Origin: an uncultured Gemmatimonadaceae bacterium
GTDB lineage: Bacteria > Gemmatimonadota > Gemmatimonadetes > Gemmatimonadales > Gemmatimonadaceae
Reading direction: 5' to 3'
DNA length: 64,000 nucleotides
Assembly: GCA_963829055.1 (NCBI GenBank)
Contig: CAWHHI010000012.1
Span: 32,001 to 96,000 of the forward strand
Shown here piece after piece: positions 11,985 through 22,183 of the stretch (position 1 is the stretch's first letter; every line of letters begins with the position of its first letter). The notes beneath the pieces are model-generated. The model was not told the origin of the DNA, ran no database searches, and saw only the letters and a list, made by a program, of their open reading frames with translations. A program made the position numbers and the translations under genes.

Positions 11985-12879
11985 ACGAGTGGCCTCCCGG
12001 CCCCGGCGAGATGGACGGCTCCGAGTTCGATCGCCGTGTGCCCCGCGCGATGGCCAATGCGCTCCGGGGCCCAAGCAATCTTCCGCGACGAGGAGTCTTG
12101 GCCTCCATTCGATGGTATCGATCGATACGTAGCATTCCGTCCCACAATGGCAGCTGACCACCGCGCCTAACGTCACCGCCGCGCCCTGGGAATGGCCTAT
12201 GTGTAGCCAGAGCTCGCCGACGCGGTGCGCCATGCCGACGCGTGCCTCAGGCTCGATGTCGCCGCACTCGAGCGCTTGAGTGAACCAGCGCGCCACCGAC
12301 CGAGCGAAGGCGGTTTTGATTCGAGCCCGTCCTGGGCCCGGTCGCGCCGGTGGCGCTGATCACCGTGAGAGCAGCGATATGTTGTGCTCCCGTCGCTCTC
12401 GACGGCAAAGGCTAGTCGACTGCACATGAGGCGATGGACTGCTTACCGATCATCATTCTGCGCGCCGAACTTCTGCCCGCGCGAACGCGCGTTGCGCACG
12501 GCCCAAACGGGGCGTGGCGAGTGCCGACGTTAGGCAGCAGTTGTCGAGCGAAGCACCACGGAAAGTGCGTAGACTGAACGCGGCGCCGACCACGAATGCC
12601 AGCCGGGCAAGCTGGCCTTGGCCAGTCGTGGTTCCGACGACTCCCCTCGCGACTGGCACACGCCGGATGCATGCGCACTCTCGCAAACGTGCGTGTTCAC
12701 AAGGGCTTACATTCGCCCCTTCCCACGACTTCACGCCCAGCGGGTCCGCACTACCGTCGTCGTCAATGCCGTTGGGGACCGTTGGGGACCCGTTCCGACG
12801 CCTCAAAACGAGACGAGCGGCGACCGCTTCGTTAGGCGGCCACCGCTCGCAATTCGTTATCCGACAATCACCTATGCAG

Positions 12880-12952
<73 letters not shown>

Positions 12953-13058
12953 GAACGTCAGGTAGGTTAACCCGCCGACCAGACCGGAACAAGCCGCCCG
13001 CCTCGCGCGAATAATACTTTGTGTTGACAAAGCAAATCATATATCGCATCCTTGGCCC

Positions 13059-13571
13059 CATGGCCGTCCGCTCCAGCGACGACTTCATCACGCTGTACTC
13101 GCAGATCTACTTCGCCTGCCACACGCGGCACGTCCGCGACCCCGAGTCCGGGACGCGCGTGAGCGCGCGACAGGCCAGCATTCTCAGCCACCTCGACTCC
13201 GTCGAGCCGACGCCCATGACGCAGCTCGCCGACCACATGGGCGTCACCGTCTCCACCATGTCCATCGCCGTCGATCGCCTCGTCCGCCAGGGCTACGTCG
13301 TACGCGCCCGCGCGGATACCGACGGACGGGTCCGCCATATCCGACTCACAGCGGCGGGTGAGCGCCTGCGCGCCGCACAAAAAGTCCTCGACCCACGGCT
13401 CGTGCGCTCAATGCTCTCACACCTCTCCCCCGCCGACCGACGCGACGCACTGCGGGGCCTCGAACTGTTGGGAGCGGCCGCTCGCGAACAGACGAAGGTG
13501 CGCCGCAACAGCGGTGATGGCGGTGACCGGAGGACTCGCTCGCCGTCCGACGACAGAAACCCACTGCCTAA
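13059..13571 (+). CDS. MarR-family transcriptional regulator (runs in frame into the next gene in this assembly)
   Basis: VSARQASILSHL...MTQLADHMGVTVSTMSIAVDRLVRQGYVVR...DGRVRHIRLTAAG; end uncertain. Confidence 0.85.
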
Positions 13572-13602
13572 CCCGTTTCCCGAACAACCGCGGAGGCTCG
13601 CC

Positions 13603-14133
13603 ATGCGCTGGGTACTCGGAATCGTCGGCGTCCTCGTCGTCCTCGTCGCGATCGTCCTCGTCGTTGGAGCAATGTTGCCCAAGTCGCACGTGGCATCGAG
13701 GTCCGCGCGCTACACCGCGTCGCCCGACACACTCTGGGCATCACTCACGAACGCGAGAGCGTTCCCCACGTGGCGCACCGACGTCACACGCGTCGAGACG
13801 TTGCCTGACGAGAATGCACAGCGCGGCTGGCGCGAACACGGCAAGAACGGCGTCATCCCATACCGCGTCGTCGAGAGTGTCGCGCCACGCCGACTCGTCA
13901 CTCGCATCGCGGACCCCAAGCTGCCGTTCGGCGGCACCTGGACGTACGACCTGACTCCCAATGGCGCCGGCACGCGCCTAACGATCACGGAGCACGGCGA
14001 AGTGTACAACCCGGTCTTCCGGTTCGTCTCCCGCTTCTTCATGGGCTACACCTCCACGATGGACGGCGTTCTCCGCGCCCTCGGAACGAAGCATGGCGAG
14101 ACCGTTACACCAGAATCGGCGGTTGCTGCCTGA
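13603..14133 (+). CDS. SRPBCC/START-like (polyketide cyclase-type) protein with N-terminal TM anchor
   Basis: GGAGG RBS before ATG 13603; MRWVLGIVGVLVVLVAIVLVVGAMLPKSH...LPFGGTWTYDL...ITEHGEVYNPVFRF. Confidence 0.85.
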   Translation: MRWVLGIVGVLVVLVAIVLVVGAMLPKSHVASRSARYTASPDTLWASLTNARAFPTWRTDVTRVETLPDENAQRGWREHGKNGVIPYRVVESVAPRRLVTRIADPKLPFGGTWTYDLTPNGAGTRLTITEHGEVYNPVFRFVSRFFMGYTSTMDGVLRALGTKHGETVTPESAVAA

Positions 14134-14598
14134 CGCGGAACCCTGACGCGGGAATCCGACGAAGCGCTCTGCACCGCGTGATGTCTCCGATACAACCGTT
14201 ACGCGACGCCAGACACACAATCACGCTGCCTAACAGACGGCGTTGATCGTTGCGTCGTTAGTGGCGCGCACTGTGTCGCACTCGTCCGCCTGCGTGGGTC
14301 GAGCCCTGCACATGTCGCCGCACTTCGCAATCAGCCACTTCTCGGGGTCTGCGGTTTCTTCGCCGCGTTCGGACTGCCCGGCGCTGCGGTCCGGTCCTGG
14401 CTCGCGACGACGCGTTATCGATTCGCTCGACGAAGCGACTGGGTCGTCGCGCGCGCACCCGCGGTCGATGCGACGGCGCTCTACGCTCTGAGCCATGCGG
14501 GCGGGCGGTGCCTGACAGGTGAAGCCGGCGGTTGTCTCGAGGCGCTCGGCGTCAGCGACTCTCCGAGCCTTTCAGGCCCAACGCCGGCCGGGATCGAG

Positions 14599-14949
14599 GT
14601 GCGTGTGATCGACCCGTCTTCCCCGACGTACGACGGCGTTGCGAATTCGCGGAGCGCTGCGTTGGGTGGTGCTGAAGACGAGTTGCTGGCCGACGCGGTG
14701 CGCGCGATTGGCCCCGATCGGTTCGCGCGGTTCTGGGCATCGTCGTCGAGGCCGGACGCCGCTTATCTCGCGGCCGCTGGCGTCAGCCTGGAGTCGTGGA
14801 CACAACAATGGCTGACGCGGACGTACGGGACCTTAGGCCAGCGACCCACGGTCCGTCTGAGCGAGGTCATGTGGCTGGCCATCGTCATGCCGCTCGTCCT
14901 CTTCGTTGCCGCTCGGCCACGCGAGCGCATCCTGGCGGACACGCGTTAG
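14599..14949 (+). pseudogene. C-terminal fragment of a hypothetical membrane protein
   Basis: Protein-like ORF (LLADAVRAIGPDRFARFW...C-terminal TM helix) lacking an evident N-terminus. Confidence 0.4.
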
Positions 14950-15194
14950 GCGTACACGACCGGGCGTGGCTCGTGCGCCACGGCCCGCCGCCGCTGCGCA
15001 CGCTTGCAATGTGCGGCACGTCGCCGGCACGGTTCCGGTCGCCGAACGTTGGGCCAGCCAGGCCGGGCCGCGATGGTTCCGCCAACTTCGTTAGGCACAC
15101 GTTGCTGCCACAGGATGTAGCGGCTTGGAACGGTTGCCGAGCCCGGCCGACTAATCGGTGTCGTCGGCACGATTGGGTCGATCGCGCTGGCCTG

Positions 15195-15340
15195 CGCGTT
15201 GCTCAGAGTCTTCTCAATTGCGTCGCACTCACTCCATTCTCGCGTACTTCGGCGAGGAAGTTGCGACGGGATGGCGCTGCCACAACTGCGACGCGTGCGA
15301 TCTGCTCGACACGTGGGACTCGGGCCCGGTGAAAGCCTAA
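15195..15340 (+). pseudogene. RecQ-type zinc-binding domain remnant
   Basis: ESSQ.RR.HSILAYFGEE...CHNCDAC resembles the RecQ CRRxxLLxYFGE...CxxCDxC motif; no helicase core upstream. Confidence 0.55.
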
Positions 15341-15418
15341 CGCCTGTTGTCGAGTACGTCGACGCCAATGCGCGCACCTACAGATGGGCTCCCCAAATTC
15401 AGCAACGAGGACGAATCG

Positions 15419-15919
15419 ATGGCATCAACGAAAACCAACGCGCCTGACGAGCCACTGACTGCCGAAGCGCGTGCGCATTTCGAGAAACGTCTGCTGGAGG
15501 AACGGAGGCGCGCACTCAGGGAGCTCAACCAGCTGGGTGAGACGTTCGGCGCGAGCCTGACCGCATCTGACGGAGACCTGACCAACTATCCGTTCCACAT
15601 GGCTGACCAGGGCACCGACACCATGGAACAGGAGAAGAACTTTCTCTTGGCGAGCCAGGAGGGGCGGCTGTTGTGGAACATCGATGAGGCGCTCCGTCGA
15701 CTCTACCGCTCGCCCGAGACATTCGGGCGCTGCGAGTCTTGCGGAAATACGATCGCCTTCGAGCGCCTCGATGCTCTTCCGTACACGCGCACATGCATTA
15801 GCTGCAAGCAGCGGGAGGAGACGAGCGCGAGAACTGTTACGGCTGTGACTCCCAGCGGAGACACAGGAAGTGACGCTGACGGCGCCCCCGCTGCAGGAGC
15901 CGGCACCAGCGCGAGCTGA
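15419..15919 (+). CDS. DksA/TraR C4-type zinc finger protein
   Basis: HMADQGTDTMEQE coiled coil; FGRCESCGNTIAFERLDALPYTRTCISCKQ. Confidence 0.92.
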   Translation: MASTKTNAPDEPLTAEARAHFEKRLLEERRRALRELNQLGETFGASLTASDGDLTNYPFHMADQGTDTMEQEKNFLLASQEGRLLWNIDEALRRLYRSPETFGRCESCGNTIAFERLDALPYTRTCISCKQREETSARTVTAVTPSGDTGSDADGAPAAGAGTSAS

Positions 15920-16166
15920 TCGAACGGCCTTGACGTGGCCGCTGAAATTCATATGTTTACATCCGTTCCGACGGCCGGCGTGCTTCCAGTTTCGAGCCGA
16001 CACCGTTCGAAGCAAGGGGCCCATGCTCCATGACTACGTCACGCCCCAGTGCGGGGAAGACGGTCGCATGGCCGGGGTCACCTACCTGTTCCAGCAGGGC
16101 TTCGAAACCCGCGCGCCGACCGACCGGGAACACCTTCGAGCTCGCCCTGGCGTGGCTCGAGCACTG

Positions 16167-16198
16167 ACGGCCCGCTCTCAACGAGCGGGCCGTTTTTC
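16167..16198 (+). terminator. Intrinsic terminator
   Basis: ACGGCCCGCTC-TCAAC-GAGCGGGCCGT followed by a T tract. Confidence 0.75.
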
Positions 16199-16256
16199 GT
16201 TCCGTGGATCCGCGACGTGGCGCGACTCCCACCACCAGCAATGGCGATGCCAGATG

Positions 16257-16284
16257 CAAAACGGGACGGCGCGAGCCGTCCCGG
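16257..16284 (-). terminator. Intrinsic terminator after the tRNA cluster
   Basis: Minus strand CGGGACGGC-TCGC-GCCGTCCCG-TTTTG. Confidence 0.7.
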
Positions 16285-16318
16285 AGGGAGTTACCACTGC
16301 TTGAGCGATCTTACTCAG

Positions 16319-16390
16319 AGCCAGCGGTCGGGATTGAACCGACGACCGCCCGATTACGAATCGGGTGCTCTACCACTGAGCTACGCTGGC
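16319..16390 (-). tRNA. tRNA-Thr (CGT)
   Basis: Revcomp GCCAGCGTAGCTCAGTGGTAGAGCACCCGATTCGTAATCGGG...GGTTCAATCCCGACCGCTGGCT. Confidence 0.97.
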
Positions 16391-16447
16391 GAACGGTCCA
16401 CGCGCGACCGGAACACATCGGTGCAAACCGGCACCAACCGGTATACA

Positions 16448-16529
16448 TGCCCTGGCGCGGACTCGAACCGCGACGCCTTGCGGCACCACCCCCTCAAGAT
16501 GGCGTGTCTACCAATTTCACCACCAGGGC
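16448..16529 (-). tRNA. tRNA-Leu (GAG)
   Basis: Revcomp GCCCTGGTGGTGAAATTGGTAGACACGCCATCTTGAGGGGGTGG + variable arm + GGTTCGAGTCC. Confidence 0.96.
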
Positions 16530-16558
16530 AAAACAACTGCGCTTCCCTACTCTTCGTA

Positions 16559-16633
16559 CGGGGCTGACGGGGCTCGAACCCGCGACCTCCGGTGTGACAG
16601 ACCGGCACTCTAACCAAGCTGAGCTACAGCCCC
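16559..16633 (-). tRNA. tRNA-Asp (GTC)
   Basis: Revcomp GGGGCTGTAGCTCAGCTTGGTTAGAGTGCCGGTCTGTCACACCGG...GGTTCGAGCCCC. Confidence 0.97.
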
Positions 16634-16722
16634 AAATGTGCTACACGTGCGCCTGCCTAACGATCAATGCGACTGCCGTTCGACCTCGATCACTCACGCC
16701 ATCACGCCTAACGCGACGTACA

Positions 16723-16794
16723 TAGCCCCAACGGGAGTCGAACCCGTCTTTCAACCTTGAAAGGGTCGTGTCCTAACCGATAGACGATGGGGCC
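16723..16794 (-). tRNA. tRNA-Glu (TTC)
   Basis: Revcomp GGCCCCATCGTCTATCGGTTAGGACACGACCCTTTCAAGGTTG...GGTTCGACTCCCG. Confidence 0.96.
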
Positions 16795-16881
16795 AGACAA
16801 TCAGGGTTCGGTTTTCGGCGGCACCGGAGCCGGAGAGCCGTCGAAGCCGAACCCCACAGCCAACCATTTCCTGCCCGCCAA

Positions 16882-16954
16882 TAGCGCTAACGGGATTCGA
16901 ACCCGTGTTCCAGCCTTGAGAGGGCCGTGTCCTAGTCCCCTAGACGATAGCGCC
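16882..16954 (-). tRNA. tRNA-Glu (CTC)
   Basis: Revcomp GGCGCTATCGTCTAGGGGACTAGGACACGGCCCTCTCAAGGCTG...GGTTCGAATCCCG. Confidence 0.96.
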
Positions 16955-17009
16955 ATTTGATACTGCCGGTATTGCAACTGCGATCGTGCTTGCCAGTCCC
17001 CGCTGTCGA

Positions 17010-17082
17010 CAGGCCCGGAGGGAATCGAACCCCCAACCGCCGGTTTTGGAGACCGGTGCTCTACCAATTGAGCTACGGACCT
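17010..17082 (-). tRNA. tRNA-Trp (CCA)
   Basis: Revcomp AGGTCCGTAGCTCAATTGGTAGAGCACCGGTCTCCAAAACCGG...GGTTCGATTCCC. Confidence 0.97.
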
Positions 17083-17166
17083 AGAGAGCCGGCGCCAACC
17101 GTCGAGCTTCAGCGGAGTCCGCCGAAGGCTGACCGGCCGGTCCGCCACTCCTTGCCACTCCTCAAG

Positions 17167-17241
17167 GGTGACTGAGGGGACTTGAACCCCCAACCCCCGG
17201 AGCCACAGTCCGGTGCTCTAACCGATTGAGCTACAGCCACC
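17167..17241 (-). tRNA. tRNA-His (GTG), G-1 encoded
   Basis: Revcomp GGTGGCTGTAGCTCAATCGGTTAGAGCACCGGACTGTGGCTCCGG...GGTTCAAGTCCCC. Confidence 0.96.
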
Positions 17242-17389
17242 ATGTTGCCGAGTCGTCCGCGTGCACATGCAATCGCACGTGTTCCTTCCCGGCGCCTTCA
17301 CCGCCTGACTGGCGGCGAAGAGTTTCATAGTAATTGCCCTGCCGAATCGAATCAACCGCTTCGCCCTGCGGCTTGGCTGCCTCTCGCCG

Positions 17390-17953
17390 CTACTTCGCGC
17401 GATCCATGTACTCGCCGGTCGTCGGATTCACGCGAACCTTCTCGCCGATGCTGATGAATTCCGGAACGTTCACCGTCACGCCGTTATCCAGCTTGGCCGG
17501 CTTCGTCGACGCCGTCTTCGTCGCCGTCTTCATCACCGGCGCCGTGTCCACGACCTCGAGCGTCAACGTGTTCGGCAACTGAATACCGATCGGCCGTCCT
17601 TCGTAGTACTCGGCCACGATCCGCATTCCTGGCTGCATCCACTGCGCGTTGTCGCCAAGCATCTCTTCATCCATCTCGAGCTGATCGTAGTTCTCGATGT
17701 TCATGAAGTGATACGTGTCGCCACCCTGATAGAGGAACTCGAGATCGTGCGTCTCCATCGACGCCTTCTCGATCGAGTCCGCGGCGCGGAAGCGATGCTC
17801 GAAGCTCGACCCCGTACGGAGGTTCTTGAGCTTCGCCTGCACCATTGCGCGCAGGTTTCCGGGCGTGTGATGACGGAATTCGACGACGCGACAGGGTTGG
17901 CCCTCGAAAACGAGGACCATGCCCCGACGAATCTGGGTAGCCGGCATTGCCAT
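17390..17953 (-). CDS. efp: Elongation factor P (PGN loop)
   Basis: IRRGMVLVFEGQPCRVVEFRHHTPGNLRAMVQAKLKNL...KPAKLDNGVTVNVPEFISIGEKVRVNPTTGEYMDRA. Confidence 0.96.
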   Translation of the reverse strand: MAMPATQIRRGMVLVFEGQPCRVVEFRHHTPGNLRAMVQAKLKNLRTGSSFEHRFRAADSIEKASMETHDLEFLYQGGDTYHFMNIENYDQLEMDEEMLGDNAQWMQPGMRIVAEYYEGRPIGIQLPNTLTLEVVDTAPVMKTATKTASTKPAKLDNGVTVNVPEFISIGEKVRVNPTTGEYMDRAK

Positions 17954-18027
17954 GACGATCAGTCCAGCGAAGAAAGTTGCGTGAATGAAAAGCGCGTATT
18001 CAGCCTAAGATGCGACAGCCTTTGATT

Positions 18028-18785
18028 TTAGCCTGCAGTTGGGGTTGCGTCAAGCTGTTGGAGTAACGGGCCGAGCGTCTCCCACACGTTGTGGGCGACG
18101 ATCTGTGCGCCGCGCTCGTTCGGGTGCATCCCATCCTGCTGATTCAGACCCGTCACACCGGCGACGTCCCGCAGGAGGAACGGCATCACGCCCACGCCCG
18201 TTTCCTTTGCAACGTCCTGATACATGGCCCTGAACGCCGTCGTATATTTCGCACCGAGGTTCGGCGGCGCCTCCATCTGCGCGAGAAGAATCCGCGCTCC
18301 TGGACGCGCCGCTTTCACTTTGGCGACGATGGCGCGAAGGTTCGAACGAGTCGAGTCGACGTCCAGCCCCCGAAGCCCATCATTCGCCCCGGTCTCGATC
18401 ACCACGACATCCGCCGGCCCCCTCAGGAGCCAGTCCATGCGCCGCAATGCTCCGGCCGACGTTTCCCCACTGAGACCGGCGTTCACGATGTCGACGTGAT
18501 AGCCGGCCGAGTCGGCCTTCCGCTGCAGCAAGGCGGGATAGGCGTCTTCCGGATCGAGACCGAGACCGGCGGTCAGGCTGGTGCCCACCATCAGCACTGT
18601 GCGGCGGGAGCCGGGAACGGGGACGGGGGAACCGGGGCTGCCCGCTTGTTGCTTCCCGCTCGCGGCGGCGGTTTCCGTTCCCGGTTCCCGGTTCCCCGTT
18701 CCCGCCCGACCGGAGTCGGTCAGCCTTGGCGCTCCCGCCCACTCCGCAGGCGCACCAGAACTAAAACCAACAGAAGACTACGCAT
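18028..18785 (-). CDS. tesA: Arylesterase / acyl-CoA thioesterase I (GDSL/SGNH), N-terminus frameshifted
   Basis: GTSLTAG, NAGLSGETSAG, ETGANDGLRG, QDGMHPN; divergent from the ybbA-like gene. Confidence 0.88.
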
Positions 18786-19561
18786 GCTCGTTGCTCGAGA
18801 GTTGACGAAAGAATTCCAGAGCGGAACGCACGAGCTCACCGTGCTCCGCGACGTGTCGTTCGCGATACCGCAAGGCGCGTTCGTCGCGATCGTCGGGCCA
18901 TCCGGCAGCGGCAAGACGACCCTGCTCGGACTGCTGGCCGGACTCGATACCCCCTCGCACGGCACCGTGATCCTCGACGGCGTCGATCTCCGGAGCCTCA
19001 CCGAGGACCAGCGGGCGCGACTGCGCGGTGAGAAAGTTGGGTTCATCTTCCAGAGCTTTCAACTCATTCCCACGCTCACCGCGCTGGAGAACGTGCAGGT
19101 ACCGCTCGAGCTTCGCGGCGAGAGCGGCGCGTCGGCACGCGCGGTCGAGCTGCTCACTCGCGTCGGGCTCCGCGATCGCATGGACCACTTTCCGTCGCAG
19201 CTGTCGGGCGGCGAGCAGCAACGCGTCGCCATCGCCCGCGCGTTCTCGAATCATCCACGGATCCTGTTCGCCGATGAGCCGACTGGCAATCTCGACGCCA
19301 CAACCGGTGCCCGCATCGTCGAGCTGCATCGAGGAGCTCAACCGCGAATCCGGGACGAGCGTCGTGCTCGTGACGCACGACCTGACGCTCGCCGCCCGAG
19401 CGAATCGAATGATCCGGTTGGCCGATGGGCTCGTGGTCGAAGATCGGGAATCCGCAGGGCGGGAACGGGGAACGGGGAACGGGGAACCGGAACAGCGCGC
19501 CGATGTGCACGGGGTATCGGTTCCCCCCTCCCTGTTCCCCGTTCCCGGTGGTTCAGCATGA
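18784..19561 (+). CDS. ybbA: ABC transporter ATP-binding protein (YbbA/LolD-like), frameshifted
   Basis: [41 protein letters not shown] in the next frame. Confidence 0.9.
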
Positions 19562-22183
19562 CCGGCCTAACGAGTCCCGTCCCCCGTGCGTTCCACGACG
19601 CCGACGTCCCGCGGCGCAAATCGCTGAAGACGCTCTCGGCCGCGCTACTTTCGCTCGCGTGGCGAGAGAGTCGCACCGCAAGACGACGACTCTTGCTGTA
19701 CATGTCGTCCATCTCGCTCGGCGTCGCCGCGCTCGTCGCCATCGACTCGTTCGCGTCGAACGTCACCGACTCCGTGCGTGAACAGTCGCGCGCGCTACTG
19801 GGCGGAGACGTTGCGTTCGGTGCGCGGCAAGGCACCTTCACGCCGCGCGCCGACTCGCTGCTCGACTCGCTCGCCGCCACCGGCGTGCGGTTCGCGCGGC
19901 AGACGACGTTCGCGTCGATGGGGCTCGTGGAGCGCACCGCCGGCACGCGACTCGTACAGGTTCGCGCCGTCACGCCCGGCTATCCGTTCTACGGCACGGT
20001 CACAACCGCGCCTGCGGGTAGATGGGCCCAGCTGCAGAACGGTCCGAACGCGCTCGTCGACCAGTCGCTCCTCATCTCGCTCGACGCACGCGTCGGCGAC
20101 ACGTTGACGCTCGGATACGCGAAGTTCGCCATCATCGGTCAGCTCGTGAGCGTGCCCGGCGACCCCGGCATCTCGGCGACGATCGGGCCGCGCGTGTTCA
20201 TCCCGGCTGCGTACGTCGATTCGACGAAGCTCCTCGGATTCGGCAGTCGAGCGGACTACGAGGCATTCGCCAAGCTGCCGGAAGGTACCGATCCGGCGAC
20301 GTGGCTCGCGCCGTTGCGCCCGCGCTTCGAGCGCAACCGCGTGCGCGCGAGGACGGTCGTCGAGAACGAAGTGAACCTCACCGAGTCCATCGATCAGCTC
20401 AGCGATTTTCTGGGCGTCGTCGGTCTCGTGGCGCTGTTGCTCGGGGGCATCGGCGTGGCCAGCGGCGTGCACGCGTTCGTCGCCCGTAAGATCGACACCG
20501 TGGCGGTGCTGCGTTGCCTCGGCGCAACGAGCCGGCAGGTGCTCATCATCTACGTCCTGCAGGCCGCTGTGATGGGCCTGGTCGGTGCCGCCGTTGGGGC
20601 AGCGCTCGGCGTCGCGATCCAGTACGCGTTGCCGTTCACCATCCGCGACTTCCTGCCTGTCGACGTGCAGGTGTCGCTCGCGCCGAAGGCTATTCTCGTC
20701 GGGCCTGGCGTTAGGCGTCTGGGTCGCGATGGTGTTCGCGCTCCGGCCGCTGCTCGCGCTCCGCAACGTGTCGCCGCTCCAGGCGCTGCGTCGCGACCTC
20801 GACGGTGTGCCCTTCCGGTCGGGCCTGCGTGATTGGCCGCGCGTGCTGGTGAATGTCGCACTCGCCGCGAGCGTGGTGCTGCTCGCGGCGTGGCGCTCGC
20901 CGAATCTCAAGACGGCGGTGTGGATGAGCGGCGGGATCGCGGCGGTCCTCCTCGTCCTGCTCCTGAGCGCGGTGGTGCTTTCCGCGCTCGCGCGTCGGGT
21001 GCTCCGAGCGGGCTGGCCGTACGTCGTGCGCCAGGGCGTCGCGAACCTCTATCGGCCGGCGAACCAGACCCGAGCCGTCGTCCTGTCACTCGGGTTCGGC
21101 GCGTTTCTGATTACGACGCTGTACCTCGTGCAGGGAAATCTTCTTCGCCAGTTCGACCTAACGACCGCAGCCTCACGAGGGAATCTCCTGTTCTTCGACG
21201 TGCAGGACGACCAGGACGAGGGCGTCCAGCAACTCGTCAGGCAGGGCGGCTATGAAGTGATTCAGTCGACGCCGATCGTGACCATGCGGGTGAAGTCAGT
21301 CGGGGGCCAGACAGTAGCACAGATGCAGGCGGACACCACGAGACGCGGCGGGGCGTGGGCATTCCGCCGGGAGTATCGCTCGACGTATCGCGATTCAATG
21401 CAGAGCTCCGAGACGCTCGTGTCCGGCAAGTGGTTCGGCAAGACTCCTGCGGTCGACAGTCAGCCGACGGCCGAGGTGTCGCTGGAACAGGGCGTCGCGA
21501 AGGAGCTGCGCGCGAAGCTCGGCGACGTCATCGTGTGGGACGTGCAGGGCGTCGAGATCCCGACGCGGCTCACCAGTATGCGCGATGTGAACTGGGCGCG
21601 GTTCGAGCCGAACTTCTTCGCGGTGTTTGGCCCCGGGGCCCTCGAGCAAGCACCGAAACAGTTCGTGCTGCTCACGAACGTCCCAGACGGCGCCAGCGCC
21701 GCGCGCGTGCAGCGTACCGTGGTGCAGCGATTCCCTAACGTGTCGGCGATCGATCTCTCGATCGTCCGGAAGACCATCAGCGAGATCGTGGAGCGCGTCT
21801 CGATGGCGATTCGCTTCCTGGCGGTGTTCAGTCTCGCGATGGGCATCCCGGTGCTGTTCAGCGCCGTCGCGGCGACGCGCCGAGAGCGTGTACGCGAGGG
21901 CGTGCTGCTCAAGACGCTCGGCGCGACACAGGGACAGATTCGCCGCATTCTGTTTTCCGAGTACGCGCTGCTCGGCGTGCTCGGCAGCCTAACGGGAATG
22001 GTGCTGTCGTTCGGAGGAGCGTGGGCGCTCCTCCGATTCGTGTTTCACCGCCCGTTCACTCCGGCAACCGGCCCTGCCCTGCTCATCGCCGCCGCGATGG
22101 TACTGCTGACGGTGCTCATTGGCGTGCTGAGTGGCCGGGACGTCTTCCGTACAACACCGATGGCGGCGTTGCGAGAGGCGTAG
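19558..22183 (+). CDS. ybbP: ABC transporter permease (YbbP / FtsX-MacB family), frameshifted near 20700
   Basis: LAWRESRTARRRLLL...GVAALVAI; two FtsX halves (AVLRCLGAT, LLKTLGAT); PNFFAVF. Confidence 0.9.

Noticed and set aside
12140..12760. Integrase remnant next to tRNA-Gly
   Set aside because: No tyrosine- or serine-recombinase motif recognisable in any frame.
16030..16167. 45-codon ORF (MTTSRPS...FELALAWLEH) ending at a terminator
   Set aside because: Position is suggestive, but there is no recognisable homology or clear RBS; too weak to call.
18091..20832. 913-aa ORF as an ATPase-permease fusion
   Set aside because: It chains antisense tesA, ybbA and ybbP through a frameshift near 19325; the ybbA C-terminus (VLVTHD) is in another frame and ends at an ATGA overlap with ybbP.
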